Shown: positions 19,136-29,084 of the stretch, in pieces | Layout: each line of letters opens with the position of its first letter | Position numbering within the stretch: the stretch's first letter is position 1 | NCBI GenBank assembly: GCA_046598045.1 | Contig: JBKJJJ010000021.1 | Span: 1-45,161, forward strand | Source of the DNA: Candidatus Eiseniibacteriota bacterium | GTDB lineage: Bacteria > Eisenbacteria > RBG-16-71-46 > DASYSL01 | Length of the DNA stretch: 45,161 nt | Direction of reading: 5' to 3' | Translations under genes and position numbers: made by a program | Notes under the pieces: generated by a model | What the model was told of the DNA's origin: nothing | What the model saw: the letters and a program-made list of their open reading frames with translations, nothing else | Databases searched by the model: none

Positions 19136-19885
19136 ATGACGATCGAGATCGGACACATCGAAGCGCTCTTCCGATATCCGGTGAAATCCATGGCCGGCGA
19201 GCAACTCGATGCGGCCGAGTTGGGCTGGCACGGCCTGGAAGGCGATCGGCGTCTCGCGTTCCGGAGGACGGAGGACCGCGGCGGATTCCCGTGGCTGTCC
19301 GCCAGCAGGCTTCCCGACCTTCTCCGCTTCACACCCTTCTGGCGCGAACAGGACGACCGGGCGCAATTGCCCACGCACGTTCGGACGCCCGAAGGCAAGG
19401 CGCTGCCGATCCTCGGGGACGAGTTGGCCCGTGAGGTCGAACGCCGGCTCGGAGCCCCCGTCCAGATGATGGAGATGAGGCAAGGGATCTTCGACGACGC
19501 CAGCGTCTCCGTGATCTCCCTCGAGACGATTCGGGCGATCGGAACGGCCGCAGGGATCATCGCCGACGTGCGTCGTTTTCGCCCGAACATCGTGGTTCGC
19601 CTGCGGCGACCCGACCCGCTCCAGGAGGACCCATGGGTCGGAGGCGTCCTCTTGTTCGGTGACGAGGGTCAGGGGCCAAGCATCAGTGTCACGGCCCGGG
19701 ACGTGCGCTGCTCGATGGTCAATCTCGACCCGGACTCCGCACGATCCTCTCCCGAGGTGCTGAGGGCCATCGTTCGCATGAATGACAATCATGCGGGGGT
19801 CTACGGCGTCGGGATTCGATGCGGCCGATTGGCCGTGGGGCAAGCCGTACGGCTCCACGTAATCGGTGAGGCGGGGCCGTCATAA
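19136..19885 (+). CDS. MOSC-domain protein (molybdenum cofactor sulfurase C-terminal, YcbX/mARC-like)
   Basis: LFRYPVKSMAGE, GLEGDRR, RRFRPNIVV, conserved RC (VRCSMV), GVYG. Confidence 0.92.
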   Translation: MTIEIGHIEALFRYPVKSMAGEQLDAAELGWHGLEGDRRLAFRRTEDRGGFPWLSASRLPDLLRFTPFWREQDDRAQLPTHVRTPEGKALPILGDELAREVERRLGAPVQMMEMRQGIFDDASVSVISLETIRAIGTAAGIIADVRRFRPNIVVRLRRPDPLQEDPWVGGVLLFGDEGQGPSISVTARDVRCSMVNLDPDSARSSPEVLRAIVRMNDNHAGVYGVGIRCGRLAVGQAVRLHVIGEAGPS

Positions 19886-19925
19886 TCCGGAGTCAAAATC
19901 CTGGCCCGCTCACGGTCGCGACTGA

Positions 19926-22496
19926 CTACCGCCCGAGCACGACCACCTTGCCCGTCGCGTGCGCTGCGCCGAGGCTCGCCCGGAGCCAGTACACGCCTGC
20001 GGGCACCGCGCCCCGAGGCGCATCGAGCGTCACGCGGTTCACACCGGCGACGAGCGCCACCCGATCGCGCGCGTAGATCTCGCGACCGGCGGGCGAGTAG
20101 AGCGAGAGCTGCGCCTCGCCCGCGCGCGCGGCGGTGAGCGTGAACGTGAAGCGCCCCGGGCTCGGATTCGGGGCGACGCCGGAGAGAGCGAGTTCGGCCC
20201 GTGCGCCAGGGCCGCGGGGCGTCGGCGTCACGGCGGTGACTCCGCCCGTCCCATTGAGCAGGACACCGATCGTCGTCATGTTGCCCGAGCCCGCCTGGCG
20301 CGTGGGTGTGCACACGAGGTCCGGTCGCCCGTCTCCATTCATGTCCGCAACCGCGAACCGCGTGCTGGCCAGGCTGTTGCCCAGCGAGTTCACTTCGGAA
20401 CGGCCGAACGTGCGATCACCGTGCCCGCGCAGTGCGAGCACGCCCGCGCGCCCGGAGTTGTCGAGCGCCGCCAGGTCCACGTGGCCGTCGCCATCGAGAT
20501 CGAGCGCCACGACGCGACGCGGGCTGACCGGATCGGCGAGCAGCTGGTTCCTGGCCCAAGTCAGGTCGAGGCTCGCGTCAGAGTCGAATCTCCCGTCCGC
20601 GTACCCGTGCAGGATCGTAAGGGTGGGGAAGGTCCCACTGCCGCCGCGCGCCACGACCGCATCGAGATTTCCATCCTCGTCGAGGTCGGCGAGGGCGAAA
20701 TCGCCGGGCGTACTGGTGAGCGGATGGGAAACTGCGGGGAGATAACCGCCTGACCCATCGTTCAGCTGCACGACGAGACCGCTCGTGCACGTAAGCACCC
20801 GATCGAGCTTCCCGTCGTGATTCACGTCCTCGTAGCGCACCGCGAACGGCCCCGCCGGCACGGCCTGGACGACCCGGGGCGAAAGCCCACCCGGGCCCTG
20901 CAGGTACACGTCCAACTCCGACCCGCCGCTGCACGGCACGACGACATCGAGCTTGCCGTCGCCATCCAGGTCCACGAGCGTCGGAGCCTGTGGCGAACCT
21001 CCGAGCACGAACGTCGTGGGCGCGTCGAACGCGCCATTGCCGTGTCCCTTCAGGAAGCGGAGCACAGGGCTCGTCGAGACACCAACCAGGTCGAGGTGGC
21101 CGTCCCCGTCGAAGTCCGCGGCGGCCAGTTCACTGTAGAACGAGGTGCCGTTGCCGCCGAGCGCGATCGCTCCAAGGGTTCCGTCGCCATTGCCGTGCGC
21201 GATTCCGAGCTGCCCCGAGGTCTGATCCGAGGCCGCCGCGTCCCGCTTTCCGTCCTCGTCGAAATCGCCGACGGCGACGGACCGGAACAACGATGCAGAT
21301 AAGGCCGGCGGTTGACGTGGGCCGCCGAACGACCCGTCGCCATTGCCCAGCGCAAGCACGACGTGGTAGCTGAATCGGGCCGCAAAGGCGACGTCGAGGT
21401 GACCGCCCCCGTCGACGTCACCCAGGGAATTCGTGCTGTAGTCGCCGAAGCCGTTCACGACCCCGGACCTCGCAGCCGTCCCGAAGCCTCCGAGCCCGTC
21501 ACCAAGATGGGCGGACACGTAATCTCCGGCCGAGGTGAGGTGACTCGTGGTGACGAAGTCGGTGTTGCCGTCGCCGTTCAGGTCGCCGAATGCCAGGCCT
21601 CCCCAGCCGTCGCCGCTCGAATTCGGGACGGTCACCGGCGCGCCGAAGGATCCCCCGCCCAAGGCTGCCTGGCTGAAGTTGCTCTGGTTGCCACTCGTGA
21701 TGAGGCGGGGCGCCAGGAGCGGCCCGAGACTCACCAGGCCGACGTGGGGCACGAATCCCGCGGAGGGGGATTCCAAGCGTGCGCCGAATGTACCGTCACC
21801 GTTGCCCGGGAACACGGCCACGCGGGAGGAGTCCGCCTCGCCCACCACCAGGTCAGGGTTCGCATCGCCGGTGACCTCGCCCAGCGTCGTGCCCCAGCTC
21901 CCCGGGAGCACCGCGCACCCGCTCTTGAACTCCAGCGTGCGATCCGGCCGCCCGAGAAAGACACCGACGCTGTCCGCGTAATAGAACGTGGTCGCGAGGT
22001 CGCTGCGACCGTCGTGATTCACGTCCCCCGCGGAGACGACCAGGCCCGCGGCGCTGGTCGGAGCCTCGAAGTACGACGACCATCCGCCATTGCCGTCGCC
22101 ACAGGCCAGGAACACGGATCCCGAGTCGGCGGTCGCGCCGTCGGCGTAGCGGGTGCCGGCAATGTCGAGTCGCCCGTCGCCGTCGAAGTCGCCGACCACC
22201 AGGTCCATCGTGCGCGACGATCCGAAGGAAGAGACGAATGGGGCGAACGCACCTCCGCCCGCTGCGAGGGCAACGGCGACACCCATCGGCTTCCCGCCGG
22301 CAAGCATGTCGGCGATACCGTCGCCGTTCAGGTCGGCGAGGGCGAGGGAGTAGGTGAACCCGCCCGGGCCAAACTCGTAGCCGGGTGCGCGGAAGATCGG
22401 ACCGGCCGCAGCGGATGCGAGCCCGGGGGATGCCGCGATCAGGACAACAAAGAGTCCCCAGAGTGCCGACGAGACCGCTTTGTTGCGGGGAATCAT
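19926..22496 (-). CDS. Secreted FG-GAP/VCBS repeat protein with C-terminal FlgD/T9SS-type domain
   Basis: Many D-[LFV]-[ND]-G-D-G-x-x-D repeats; signal peptide; GGAGG RBS; tail APNPS...AGVYWLRA...GKVVVLGR. Confidence 0.9.
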   Translation of the reverse strand: MIPRNKAVSSALWGLFVVLIAASPGLASAAAGPIFRAPGYEFGPGGFTYSLALADLNGDGIADMLAGGKPMGVAVALAAGGGAFAPFVSSFGSSRTMDLVVGDFDGDGRLDIAGTRYADGATADSGSVFLACGDGNGGWSSYFEAPTSAAGLVVSAGDVNHDGRSDLATTFYYADSVGVFLGRPDRTLEFKSGCAVLPGSWGTTLGEVTGDANPDLVVGEADSSRVAVFPGNGDGTFGARLESPSAGFVPHVGLVSLGPLLAPRLITSGNQSNFSQAALGGGSFGAPVTVPNSSGDGWGGLAFGDLNGDGNTDFVTTSHLTSAGDYVSAHLGDGLGGFGTAARSGVVNGFGDYSTNSLGDVDGGGHLDVAFAARFSYHVVLALGNGDGSFGGPRQPPALSASLFRSVAVGDFDEDGKRDAAASDQTSGQLGIAHGNGDGTLGAIALGGNGTSFYSELAAADFDGDGHLDLVGVSTSPVLRFLKGHGNGAFDAPTTFVLGGSPQAPTLVDLDGDGKLDVVVPCSGGSELDVYLQGPGGLSPRVVQAVPAGPFAVRYEDVNHDGKLDRVLTCTSGLVVQLNDGSGGYLPAVSHPLTSTPGDFALADLDEDGNLDAVVARGGSGTFPTLTILHGYADGRFDSDASLDLTWARNQLLADPVSPRRVVALDLDGDGHVDLAALDNSGRAGVLALRGHGDRTFGRSEVNSLGNSLASTRFAVADMNGDGRPDLVCTPTRQAGSGNMTTIGVLLNGTGGVTAVTPTPRGPGARAELALSGVAPNPSPGRFTFTLTAARAGEAQLSLYSPAGREIYARDRVALVAGVNRVTLDAPRGAVPAGVYWLRASLGAAHATGKVVVLGR

Positions 22497-22802
22497 CGAA
22501 GAGCCTCCCACAGGCATGGGGGACAAGGATCGGGAGCTGTGCCGTGGACCAACTGGGGCCCAAGATCATGCGGCCGGGATCGTCCCTCCGTCAAGACGGC
22601 GGGCGGGTTGGATCGGCCACCAGCGCAAACCCTCCGCGCTCGCGAAACGCATGCTCTGGACGACCGAAAGCGGTACGCTGCTCCCGGACCGGGCGGCCCG
22701 ATTTCGGCGTGGGCCGTCCTCCTGGATCGCTAGTCTGGCGACGGTGATCCGGCCGCGCAGTCGATCATTTCAATGCTCACTCGAACCTGCAGGCGGTGCT
22801 CC

Positions 22803-22934
22803 ATGGGCGACAAGTCTCCGAAGTCCAAAGAACGTCAGATGAAGCAGGACGCGGCACAGAAGAATCAGAAGAAGTCCGCCGCGACCGCCAAGGCGAAGCC
22901 CGCGGCTGGCAAACCGATCAAGGGCGGCAAGTAG
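22803..22934 (+). CDS. 43-aa Lys-rich small protein
   Basis: MGDKSPKSKERQMKQDAAQKNQKKSAATAKAKPAAGKPIKGGK*; nearly all codons end in G/C; AGGCGG upstream; below the ORF-track size cutoff. Confidence 0.7.
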   Translation: MGDKSPKSKERQMKQDAAQKNQKKSAATAKAKPAAGKPIKGGK

Positions 22935-23049
22935 ACTCGGTACCCCGGCGATCGCGGGACGCGGCGGCCCTTCCTCCAGGGGCCGCCGCAACTGCTCCTG
23001 GACGATCCCTCGCTGTGCAGGCACGGCGATGTTGCGCCCTGCATCTCCA

Positions 23050-23170
23050 AGAGCCGCTCGCACCTTGCGAACGAAGTCGCCCGCCTGCTCGCCGAATTCA
23101 ATCGCGGGTTCGAGTCCGATCTCAACGCGGAACGAAAACACCTCCTCCACCGATTGGTGAAGTGGGTGCG
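23050..23170 (+). mobile_element. Decayed fragment of a probable large serine recombinase 3' end (copy A)
   Basis: Translates NEVARLLAEFNRGFESDLNAERKHLLHRLVKWVR; 32 bp (23130-23161) identical to 39755-39786. Confidence 0.6.
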
Positions 23171-23223
23171 GCCGCCTGATCGTGTGCTAGGCTTCGGCTT
23201 CATTCGCACTTCGAGGGTTTACC

Positions 23224-26200
23224 TTGGCCGATGTCCTGCAGCGCCTCCGGGACTCGCTAGCTGACCGCTATCGGATCGAGCGCGAGCTTGGCCGTGGCGG
23301 CATGGCGACCGTCTATCTCGCGGACGATCTCAAGCACGGCCGCAAGGTCGCGATCAAGCTCCTGATGCCTGAGATCGCCCAGGCAATCGGCACCGAGCGG
23401 TTCCTCGTCGAAATTGAAGTCCCCGCCCGCTTGACCCACCCTCACATCCTGCCCCTGTTCGACTCAGGTACCGCGAGTGAGTCCCTCTATTACGTCATGC
23501 CTTTCATCGAGGGCGAGTCGCTGCGTGTTCGGCTCAACCGTGAGAAGCAGCTCCCGCTCGACGTCACACATCGCTTGACCCGCGAAATCGCAAGCGCCCT
23601 CGGCCACGCCCACCAGCACGGGCTCGTCCATCGCGACGTGAAACCCGAGAACATTCTCCTGTCGGACGGGATGGCCCTGGTCGCGGATTTCGGGATTGTG
23701 CGGAGAACCGGAGCGCCCGGGGCGCGCGGAGAGGAGCATGCGACCCGCGCGTGGACCGGGCTCGGAATCGCGGTGGGCACACCGCGCTACATGAGCCCCG
23801 AACAAGCGTGCGGGGGCGACGTCGACGGTCGGTCGGACCTCTACGTCCTGACCTGCCTGTTCTACGAGATGCTCGCAGGACGGCCCCCCTTTACTTCGCC
23901 GACGGCTTCGGGAGTCATGCGGCAACACCTCACCGAGGAACCCCCGTCGATCCTGGAGCTGTGCCCCTCACTTCCGAGAGGGATCGAGGACTTCGTCGCG
24001 AAGAGCCTCGCGAAGGATCCGCGGGATCGCTATCCAACCGCCGCCCATTTTGCCGAAGCGCTGGCGGTGGCCGTGGCTGGAACTTCGGTCTCGACCCCCC
24101 TGGCTCGCTCCACTCCCGCGCCAGGCAACCTGCCAAGGCCGCGCTCACGGTTCATCGGGCGAGAGGCCGAGCTCAACGAATGCGCGCCGTGGTTGCACGA
24201 CCATCGCCTCCTCACGCTCACAGGGATCGGAGGGTGTGGCAAGACGCGACTCGCCATTCGCCTGGCCGAGAGTCTGCGCGATTCGTTCGCGGATGGAGTG
24301 TGGTTCGTGGAGCTCGCTCCGCTCAAGGATCCCGGCCGCGTGCTTCCGGCTCTCGCGGCGACGCTCGGCGTTCGCGAATCCCCGGGCGTTCCCCTGCTGG
24401 AAAACCTGCTGGAGCATCTGAGGGAACGCCGGGCGCTCATCGTGCTCGACAACTGTGAGCACGTCCTCTCGGCATGTGCCGAGCTGGCAGATACGATCCT
24501 GGCATCCTGCGAGGCCGTCAAGTTGCTGGCAACCAGTCGCGAGGGTCTCGGCATCGAGGGGGAGCACTCCACTGCCGTAAGGTCCTTGTCCTTACCCACC
24601 ACGCAACTCAACGGGGATCTGCGGGCCATCGAAGCATCGGAAGCGGTGCAGCTTTTCATCGATCGGGCGCGCGCGGTCGACCCGGACTTCGCGATCACAC
24701 CGGGATCCGCACCAGCGGTGGCGGATCTCTGTCGACAGCTGGATGGCATCCCGCTCGCAATCGAGCTGGCTGCGGCAAGGGTGAGATTGCTCTCAGTAGA
24801 GGAAATCTGCGCCCGGCTGGACGATCGCTTCCGCCTCCTGACCGGAGGAAGCAAGACGGCGCTCCCACACCATCAGACGCTCCGGGCTACGATGCAGTGG
24901 AGCTACGATCTTCTGTCGGAGCGCGAGCAATCGCTTTTGCGCCTGCTTTCGGTCTTCGCGGGCGGGTGGACGCTGGCTGCGGCGACGCGCATTGCGTGGG
25001 CGGGCGGGGATGAGTTCGAACTCCTCGAACTCCTCGAACACCTCGTGAACAAATCGCTCGTGCTGATCCAACGGGTCTCGGATGGCACGATCCGCTACAC
25101 GATGCTCGAAACCGTGAGGCAGTACGCACAGGAGCGACTGAACGAGTCGGGGGGTGGGGAAGCCGCCCGCTCACGGCATCTCGATTACCTTGTCGGCTTT
25201 GTGGCGACCGCGAGCCCGCAGCTCAACCTCCCCGAGGAGGCCCTGCGACTCGCGCGACTCGATCAGGAGCACGAGAACCTGCTCTCGGCGCTGGCGTGGG
25301 CTCCTCATGCGGAGGGCGACCCCGATCAGGGGTTCCGTCTGCTTGCAGTCGCCTGGCCTTACTGGCGCAGGCGCGGCTTCTTCGAGCTGGGGTACCAGGT
25401 GAGCCGACAATTGCTTGATCGAACGAAGGGAGCGGCGAGGACGTCGGATCACTCGCTCGCGTCCTACGTGGCCGGGGCGCTCGCGTACTTCCGTGGAGAG
25501 TATGGCGAGGCGCGAGGGCATGCCGAGGAGAGCCTCGGCACTGCGAAGACCCTGGCCGACCCGATCGGGATCGTCCGGGCGCTCACGCTTCTGTCCATCG
25601 TGGCCGGGGCGGAAGAGGATTATTCACGGGCGCGCGCACACGGAGAACAGGGGCTCGTGCTTGCCCGTACAGTGGGCGACGAGCGTTGGCTGAGCACCGC
25701 CCTCAACGGGCTCGCGGAGATCCTCCGACTCGACGGCGAGCTCGATCGCGCGGCTCTGCTCTACGAGGAGGCCCTGGCGCTCACCCGCCGCCGTGGAGAC
25801 GCCGACAATACGGCTGCCATCCTGCTCAATCTCTCCCGGGTTGCAATCCGCCGGGGCAACCTCGATTTGGCGCGCGAGCAACTCATGGAAGTCGCGGCGA
25901 TCGCGGAGGCCGTGGGCTCGAAGGTCCGAACGCAGGGCAGCCTCGACGTGGCAGCCGCCCTGGCCTGCGCGTGGGCGGAAGATGAGCGCGCCGCGCGAAT
26001 CTGGGGCGCGGCGGAGAAGGCGCGCGAGCAGATGGGGCTCCGGCGCGATCCTGTGGATGAGAAATTCATCACAACCTGGATTCAAGGGGCATGCGAGCGG
26101 CTGCAGGACGGCCGATTCAAGGCTGCAGAGGCCTCGGGTCGCGCGCTCACCCACAGCGAGGCGATGGGCGAGGTGCGCGCATGGCTCGGAGCAAGAACTG

Positions 26201-26232
26201 CGCGGGATCCCCTCCCCCCGGCTCCCGACTGA
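23224..26232 (+). CDS. Ser/Thr kinase - STAND/NB-ARC-like ATPase - TPR protein
   Basis: GRGGMATV, HRDVKPEN, DFG, YMSPE; GNLP..FIGRE, Walker A GIGGCGKT, Walker B LVLDNCEH-type, LDGIPLAIELAAAR; helical repeats at C-terminus. Confidence 0.93.
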   Translation: MADVLQRLRDSLADRYRIERELGRGGMATVYLADDLKHGRKVAIKLLMPEIAQAIGTERFLVEIEVPARLTHPHILPLFDSGTASESLYYVMPFIEGESLRVRLNREKQLPLDVTHRLTREIASALGHAHQHGLVHRDVKPENILLSDGMALVADFGIVRRTGAPGARGEEHATRAWTGLGIAVGTPRYMSPEQACGGDVDGRSDLYVLTCLFYEMLAGRPPFTSPTASGVMRQHLTEEPPSILELCPSLPRGIEDFVAKSLAKDPRDRYPTAAHFAEALAVAVAGTSVSTPLARSTPAPGNLPRPRSRFIGREAELNECAPWLHDHRLLTLTGIGGCGKTRLAIRLAESLRDSFADGVWFVELAPLKDPGRVLPALAATLGVRESPGVPLLENLLEHLRERRALIVLDNCEHVLSACAELADTILASCEAVKLLATSREGLGIEGEHSTAVRSLSLPTTQLNGDLRAIEASEAVQLFIDRARAVDPDFAITPGSAPAVADLCRQLDGIPLAIELAAARVRLLSVEEICARLDDRFRLLTGGSKTALPHHQTLRATMQWSYDLLSEREQSLLRLLSVFAGGWTLAAATRIAWAGGDEFELLELLEHLVNKSLVLIQRVSDGTIRYTMLETVRQYAQERLNESGGGEAARSRHLDYLVGFVATASPQLNLPEEALRLARLDQEHENLLSALAWAPHAEGDPDQGFRLLAVAWPYWRRRGFFELGYQVSRQLLDRTKGAARTSDHSLASYVAGALAYFRGEYGEARGHAEESLGTAKTLADPIGIVRALTLLSIVAGAEEDYSRARAHGEQGLVLARTVGDERWLSTALNGLAEILRLDGELDRAALLYEEALALTRRRGDADNTAAILLNLSRVAIRRGNLDLAREQLMEVAAIAEAVGSKVRTQGSLDVAAALACAWAEDERAARIWGAAEKAREQMGLRRDPVDEKFITTWIQGACERLQDGRFKAAEASGRALTHSEAMGEVRAWLGARTARDPLPPAPD

Positions 26233-26284
26233 CCGGAGCTCCACGGACTCGGGCTCGAAAGCAAGGGCCGACGTGCGGGGCGAT

Positions 26285-27019
26285 CTCCGGCGTGTTCGTG
26301 GCCATGACGGCCGCTCTGCAGGTGACGCGATGACCTTGTTTTGTTCCGATGTGGACGTGGCTCTTGCTCTTGACCGAATCGACCCGCGCGCCAGTCACGA
26401 TCTTTCCGCCCTGCCGTTCGATCGCCGCGGCCAAGCCACTCAAGTACTTGAGAATATGAAATTGCCCTTGCCGCGTGAACTTCAGGCAGGGACCAAGAGG
26501 CAACTTCGGGTCGGGGCCATCGGGCAGTAGTTCGACGTCGGCCAGGCCGGCGCGATGAGCGGCGGCCAACTCTTGCTGCAGGAGTTTCGCGGCGTGATCC
26601 GCGGTAAGAAACAGATAGCCGTCGACTCGATCAAAATCACAGTCGATCTCTTCGGCAGCAACAATCCGGCTAATGGTTTCAATGGCTTGCGTATGACTGT
26701 CCGCTGCCCGGCGGCTCTTCGCGCGACCATGAACCTTCTCAATCTCCAGGTAGCGATCATCGAGGGCATTCGTTAGGTGAGCGGTGGTCCGGCCAGACTC
26801 TCCGGCGCCAATCGAACCGCCGTCGAGCACGATCACCTTCCGGCCTTCCCGGCCCAGCAGGTAGGCCGTGGTGAGCCCGGCGATACCGGCCCCCACCACG
26901 CACACGTCTGCTTCGAGATTCCTGGTCTGGCGCTCAAGCGCGGGAGTCGTGCTCGTGTCCATCCAGACCGAAGTGGTCGATCCAGCACCGGTTCGTTTGG
27001 GCACAGGTCTGGTCACCAA
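26285..27019 (-). pseudogene. C-terminally truncated FAD-dependent oxidoreductase (YhfW/PuuB-like)
   Basis: VCVVGAGIAG, GESGRTTAHL, QGQFH; resemblance ends at VMATNTP, then the frame runs into unrelated sequence antisense to the kinase gene end. Confidence 0.8.
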
Positions 27020-27069
27020 GGAAGACTAGCTCGGCCGTCGGAGCGTTCCTGTGCGAGACTGAGTCCGTG

Positions 27070-27798
27070 ATGCTGCCACTGCTATACTGCGACCTGGTGC
27101 CCTGGTACCGCCTGATGGACCCGCCCGAGAGCCATGCCGGCGAAGCGGCGTGCTACCAGGCGGCTTTCGAACGCGCCGTCTCGCCGCGGCCCACGACTCT
27201 GCTCGAACTCGGCGCCGGCGCTGGCCACAATGCGTCCTACCTCAAGCGCCGCTTCGACTGCACGCTCTCCGACATCTCAGAAGAGATGCTCGCGCTCAGC
27301 CGCGCCCTCAATCCCGAATGTGAGCATGTTGTCGGGGATTTGCGCACGCTGAGGCTCAGCCGCACGTTCGATGCTGTCCTCCTGCATGACGCAGTAAGTT
27401 ACATGACGTGCGAGGAAGACTTGAGAGCCGCCATGGCCAGCGCATTCGCCCACACTCGTCCGGGTGGGGCGGCGATCTTCGCGCCCGATTGCCTGCGCGA
27501 ATCGTTTCATGAACGATGGGGTGTGATCCAGGGCGACGACGGTCCGCGCGCTCTTCGCTGCCTCGAATGGCATCACGACCCGGACCCGAACGACCAGACG
27601 TACGTCGTCGACTTCGCCTTCCTGTTGCGCGACGGCCAATCCATTCAGTCAGTCCACGACCGCCATGTACAGGGCCTCTTCGCGCGCGACACCTGGCTCC
27701 GACTGCTGGTCGAAGCGGGCTATCGGGCGGACATCATCGCACGCCCCCTCGACGAGGCCGGGCGGTTCGACGAGATCTTCCTCGGCCGCCGACCCTGA
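27070..27798 (+). CDS. Class I SAM-dependent methyltransferase
   Basis: LLELGAGAG motif I, DISEEML, GDLRTL, FDAVLLHDAVSY, RPGG. Confidence 0.92.
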   Translation: MLPLLYCDLVPWYRLMDPPESHAGEAACYQAAFERAVSPRPTTLLELGAGAGHNASYLKRRFDCTLSDISEEMLALSRALNPECEHVVGDLRTLRLSRTFDAVLLHDAVSYMTCEEDLRAAMASAFAHTRPGGAAIFAPDCLRESFHERWGVIQGDDGPRALRCLEWHHDPDPNDQTYVVDFAFLLRDGQSIQSVHDRHVQGLFARDTWLRLLVEAGYRADIIARPLDEAGRFDEIFLGRRP

Positions 27799-27870
27799 GA
27801 TCGCAGGAGGACGTCTTGCCCGTGCTCACTCGAACGCCGCCGATGCGCGCTATCGTCAGGCGCGAGGCCT

Positions 27871-28305
27871 CTACTGGGCTGCCGCCATGTAGCCGGCCGT
27901 TACTTCGTTCTTATGGGCTGCGAAGGCGGCGAGCACTTCATCCTCCTCGCGTCCAGGCACTTTGGCAAAGTCAAGACTGCGCTTGAGCTCGGCTGCAACC
28001 TCGTCGAACTCCTCGGGCGAGATCTTGAGCTGACGATGCGCCTCCTCGAGACCCAAGCCCGTTGTCCCTGGCCTCGTGGCCGTGTACTCGAATGGGCCTC
28101 CCGCGACCGCGCAAACCCAGAGGGTTCGCATGAACTTGAGGCCCGGCAACCGGTCCAGGCTCTTCGTGTGCCACTCCCGGAGCGCTGGGTTCTTCGAGGT
28201 CTTCCCCACAATCGGATTTGTTACAACCGCATCGCTGAAGTGGTCAACCACCGCCGCGATGGCGAAAACGCCGCCAAGCCGTTCGTACAAACTCTTCTCA
28301 GTCAT
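27871..28305 (-). CDS. Group I truncated (2/2) haemoglobin
   Basis: SLYERLGG, GGP..Y, proximal His in LEEAHRQLKIS; GGAGG RBS before ATG 28305. Confidence 0.9.
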   Translation of the reverse strand: MTEKSLYERLGGVFAIAAVVDHFSDAVVTNPIVGKTSKNPALREWHTKSLDRLPGLKFMRTLWVCAVAGGPFEYTATRPGTTGLGLEEAHRQLKISPEEFDEVAAELKRSLDFAKVPGREEDEVLAAFAAHKNEVTAGYMAAAQ

Positions 28306-28789
28306 GTTCGTCATCCTCCTGTAAGCGTCAAGCAGCCAGCCCGGGCCACCACCGGTTCAAACGCAGCGTGTCGTGAACCCCACCGTGGAATCGAAGCGGC
28401 GATCGACGTGCACGATGGGCGGCGAGAACAACGTCGAGAGGCGAGAGTTCGAATTCACCCGCCGTTCCCCTTTCACCGCCGCCGCGTCCAGCCCGCGGGA
28501 GAGCAACTCCGTCCATGCCGTGCGGGCACCAAGATCCGTACTGCCGGCCTTCGCAGGAGGCAACCCGGGAAATCCCTGACGAGGCTGTCAGGTACGCCTG
28601 ATTGCAGGGTGCCGAGTCCGGAAACAACCATCGGACTCCTACGACGACCGGCGTGAACCTGGGCGCCGCACGCTTTCGGCCCCGATCATGGCGTTGCGCC
28701 TCGCGGTTGTGCTCGCCTTGACGACGAGGGTTGCGCCACCAATGGCGAAAACCGCACCGCCCCTCGGCGACCTGGCTCGCGGGGGCAGA

Positions 28790-28970
28790 TGTTGCTGGAT
28801 CACGACCCGGTTCTTCTCGCTCGACCACTCGTCTGCCTTGAGCCGGTAGAACTGGACCCTGGCCCGAGATTCCGCTCCGTTCGCATCCTTACCGTCCCAG
28901 ACCCCTCGCGGGGCCCCGCTTCCTGATGCCTTTGGAAGAGGGTTCGGACCAATCGGCCGGTAATACTGCA
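28790..28970 (-). pseudogene. Orphan remnant of a FlgD/T9SS-type C-terminal domain
   Basis: PNPLP...VWDGKDANGAESRARVQFYRLKADEWSSEKNRVVIQQ resembles WDGxD..G....GVYFYRL.....K.V; no parent ORF. Confidence 0.6.
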
Positions 28971-28987
28971 GCGTGGACCACAGAACA

Positions 28988-29017
28988 GGAAGGCGTCCCC
29001 GTGAGGAGACGCCTTCC
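28988..29017 (-). terminator. Intrinsic terminator after the subtilase gene
   Basis: GGAAGGCGTC / GACGCCTTCC perfect 10-bp stem, followed by TGTTCT on the minus strand. Confidence 0.7.
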
Positions 29018-29084
29018 ATGCTCTCATGATTGCATCGGCTGACGGTGACCGTTCGATCAGTCAGCCCACACCGGGCGTGGTGCG

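Noticed and set aside
16018..19434. Long overlapping ORFs (16018..17817, 16205..18370, 17932..19434)
   Set aside because: Shadow or alternate frames of the kinase gene.
18988..19590. N-terminal extension of kinase ORF 16291..19590
   Set aside because: Overlaps the MOSC gene antisense; the kinase has a typical start at MTIAPGTRLGPY (18987).
23105..23120. GGGTTCGAGTCC (and GGGTTCGAATCT at ~39731) resembling a tRNA T-loop
   Set aside because: No cloverleaf, D-arm or CCA; both encode GFES within the recombinase-like remnant.
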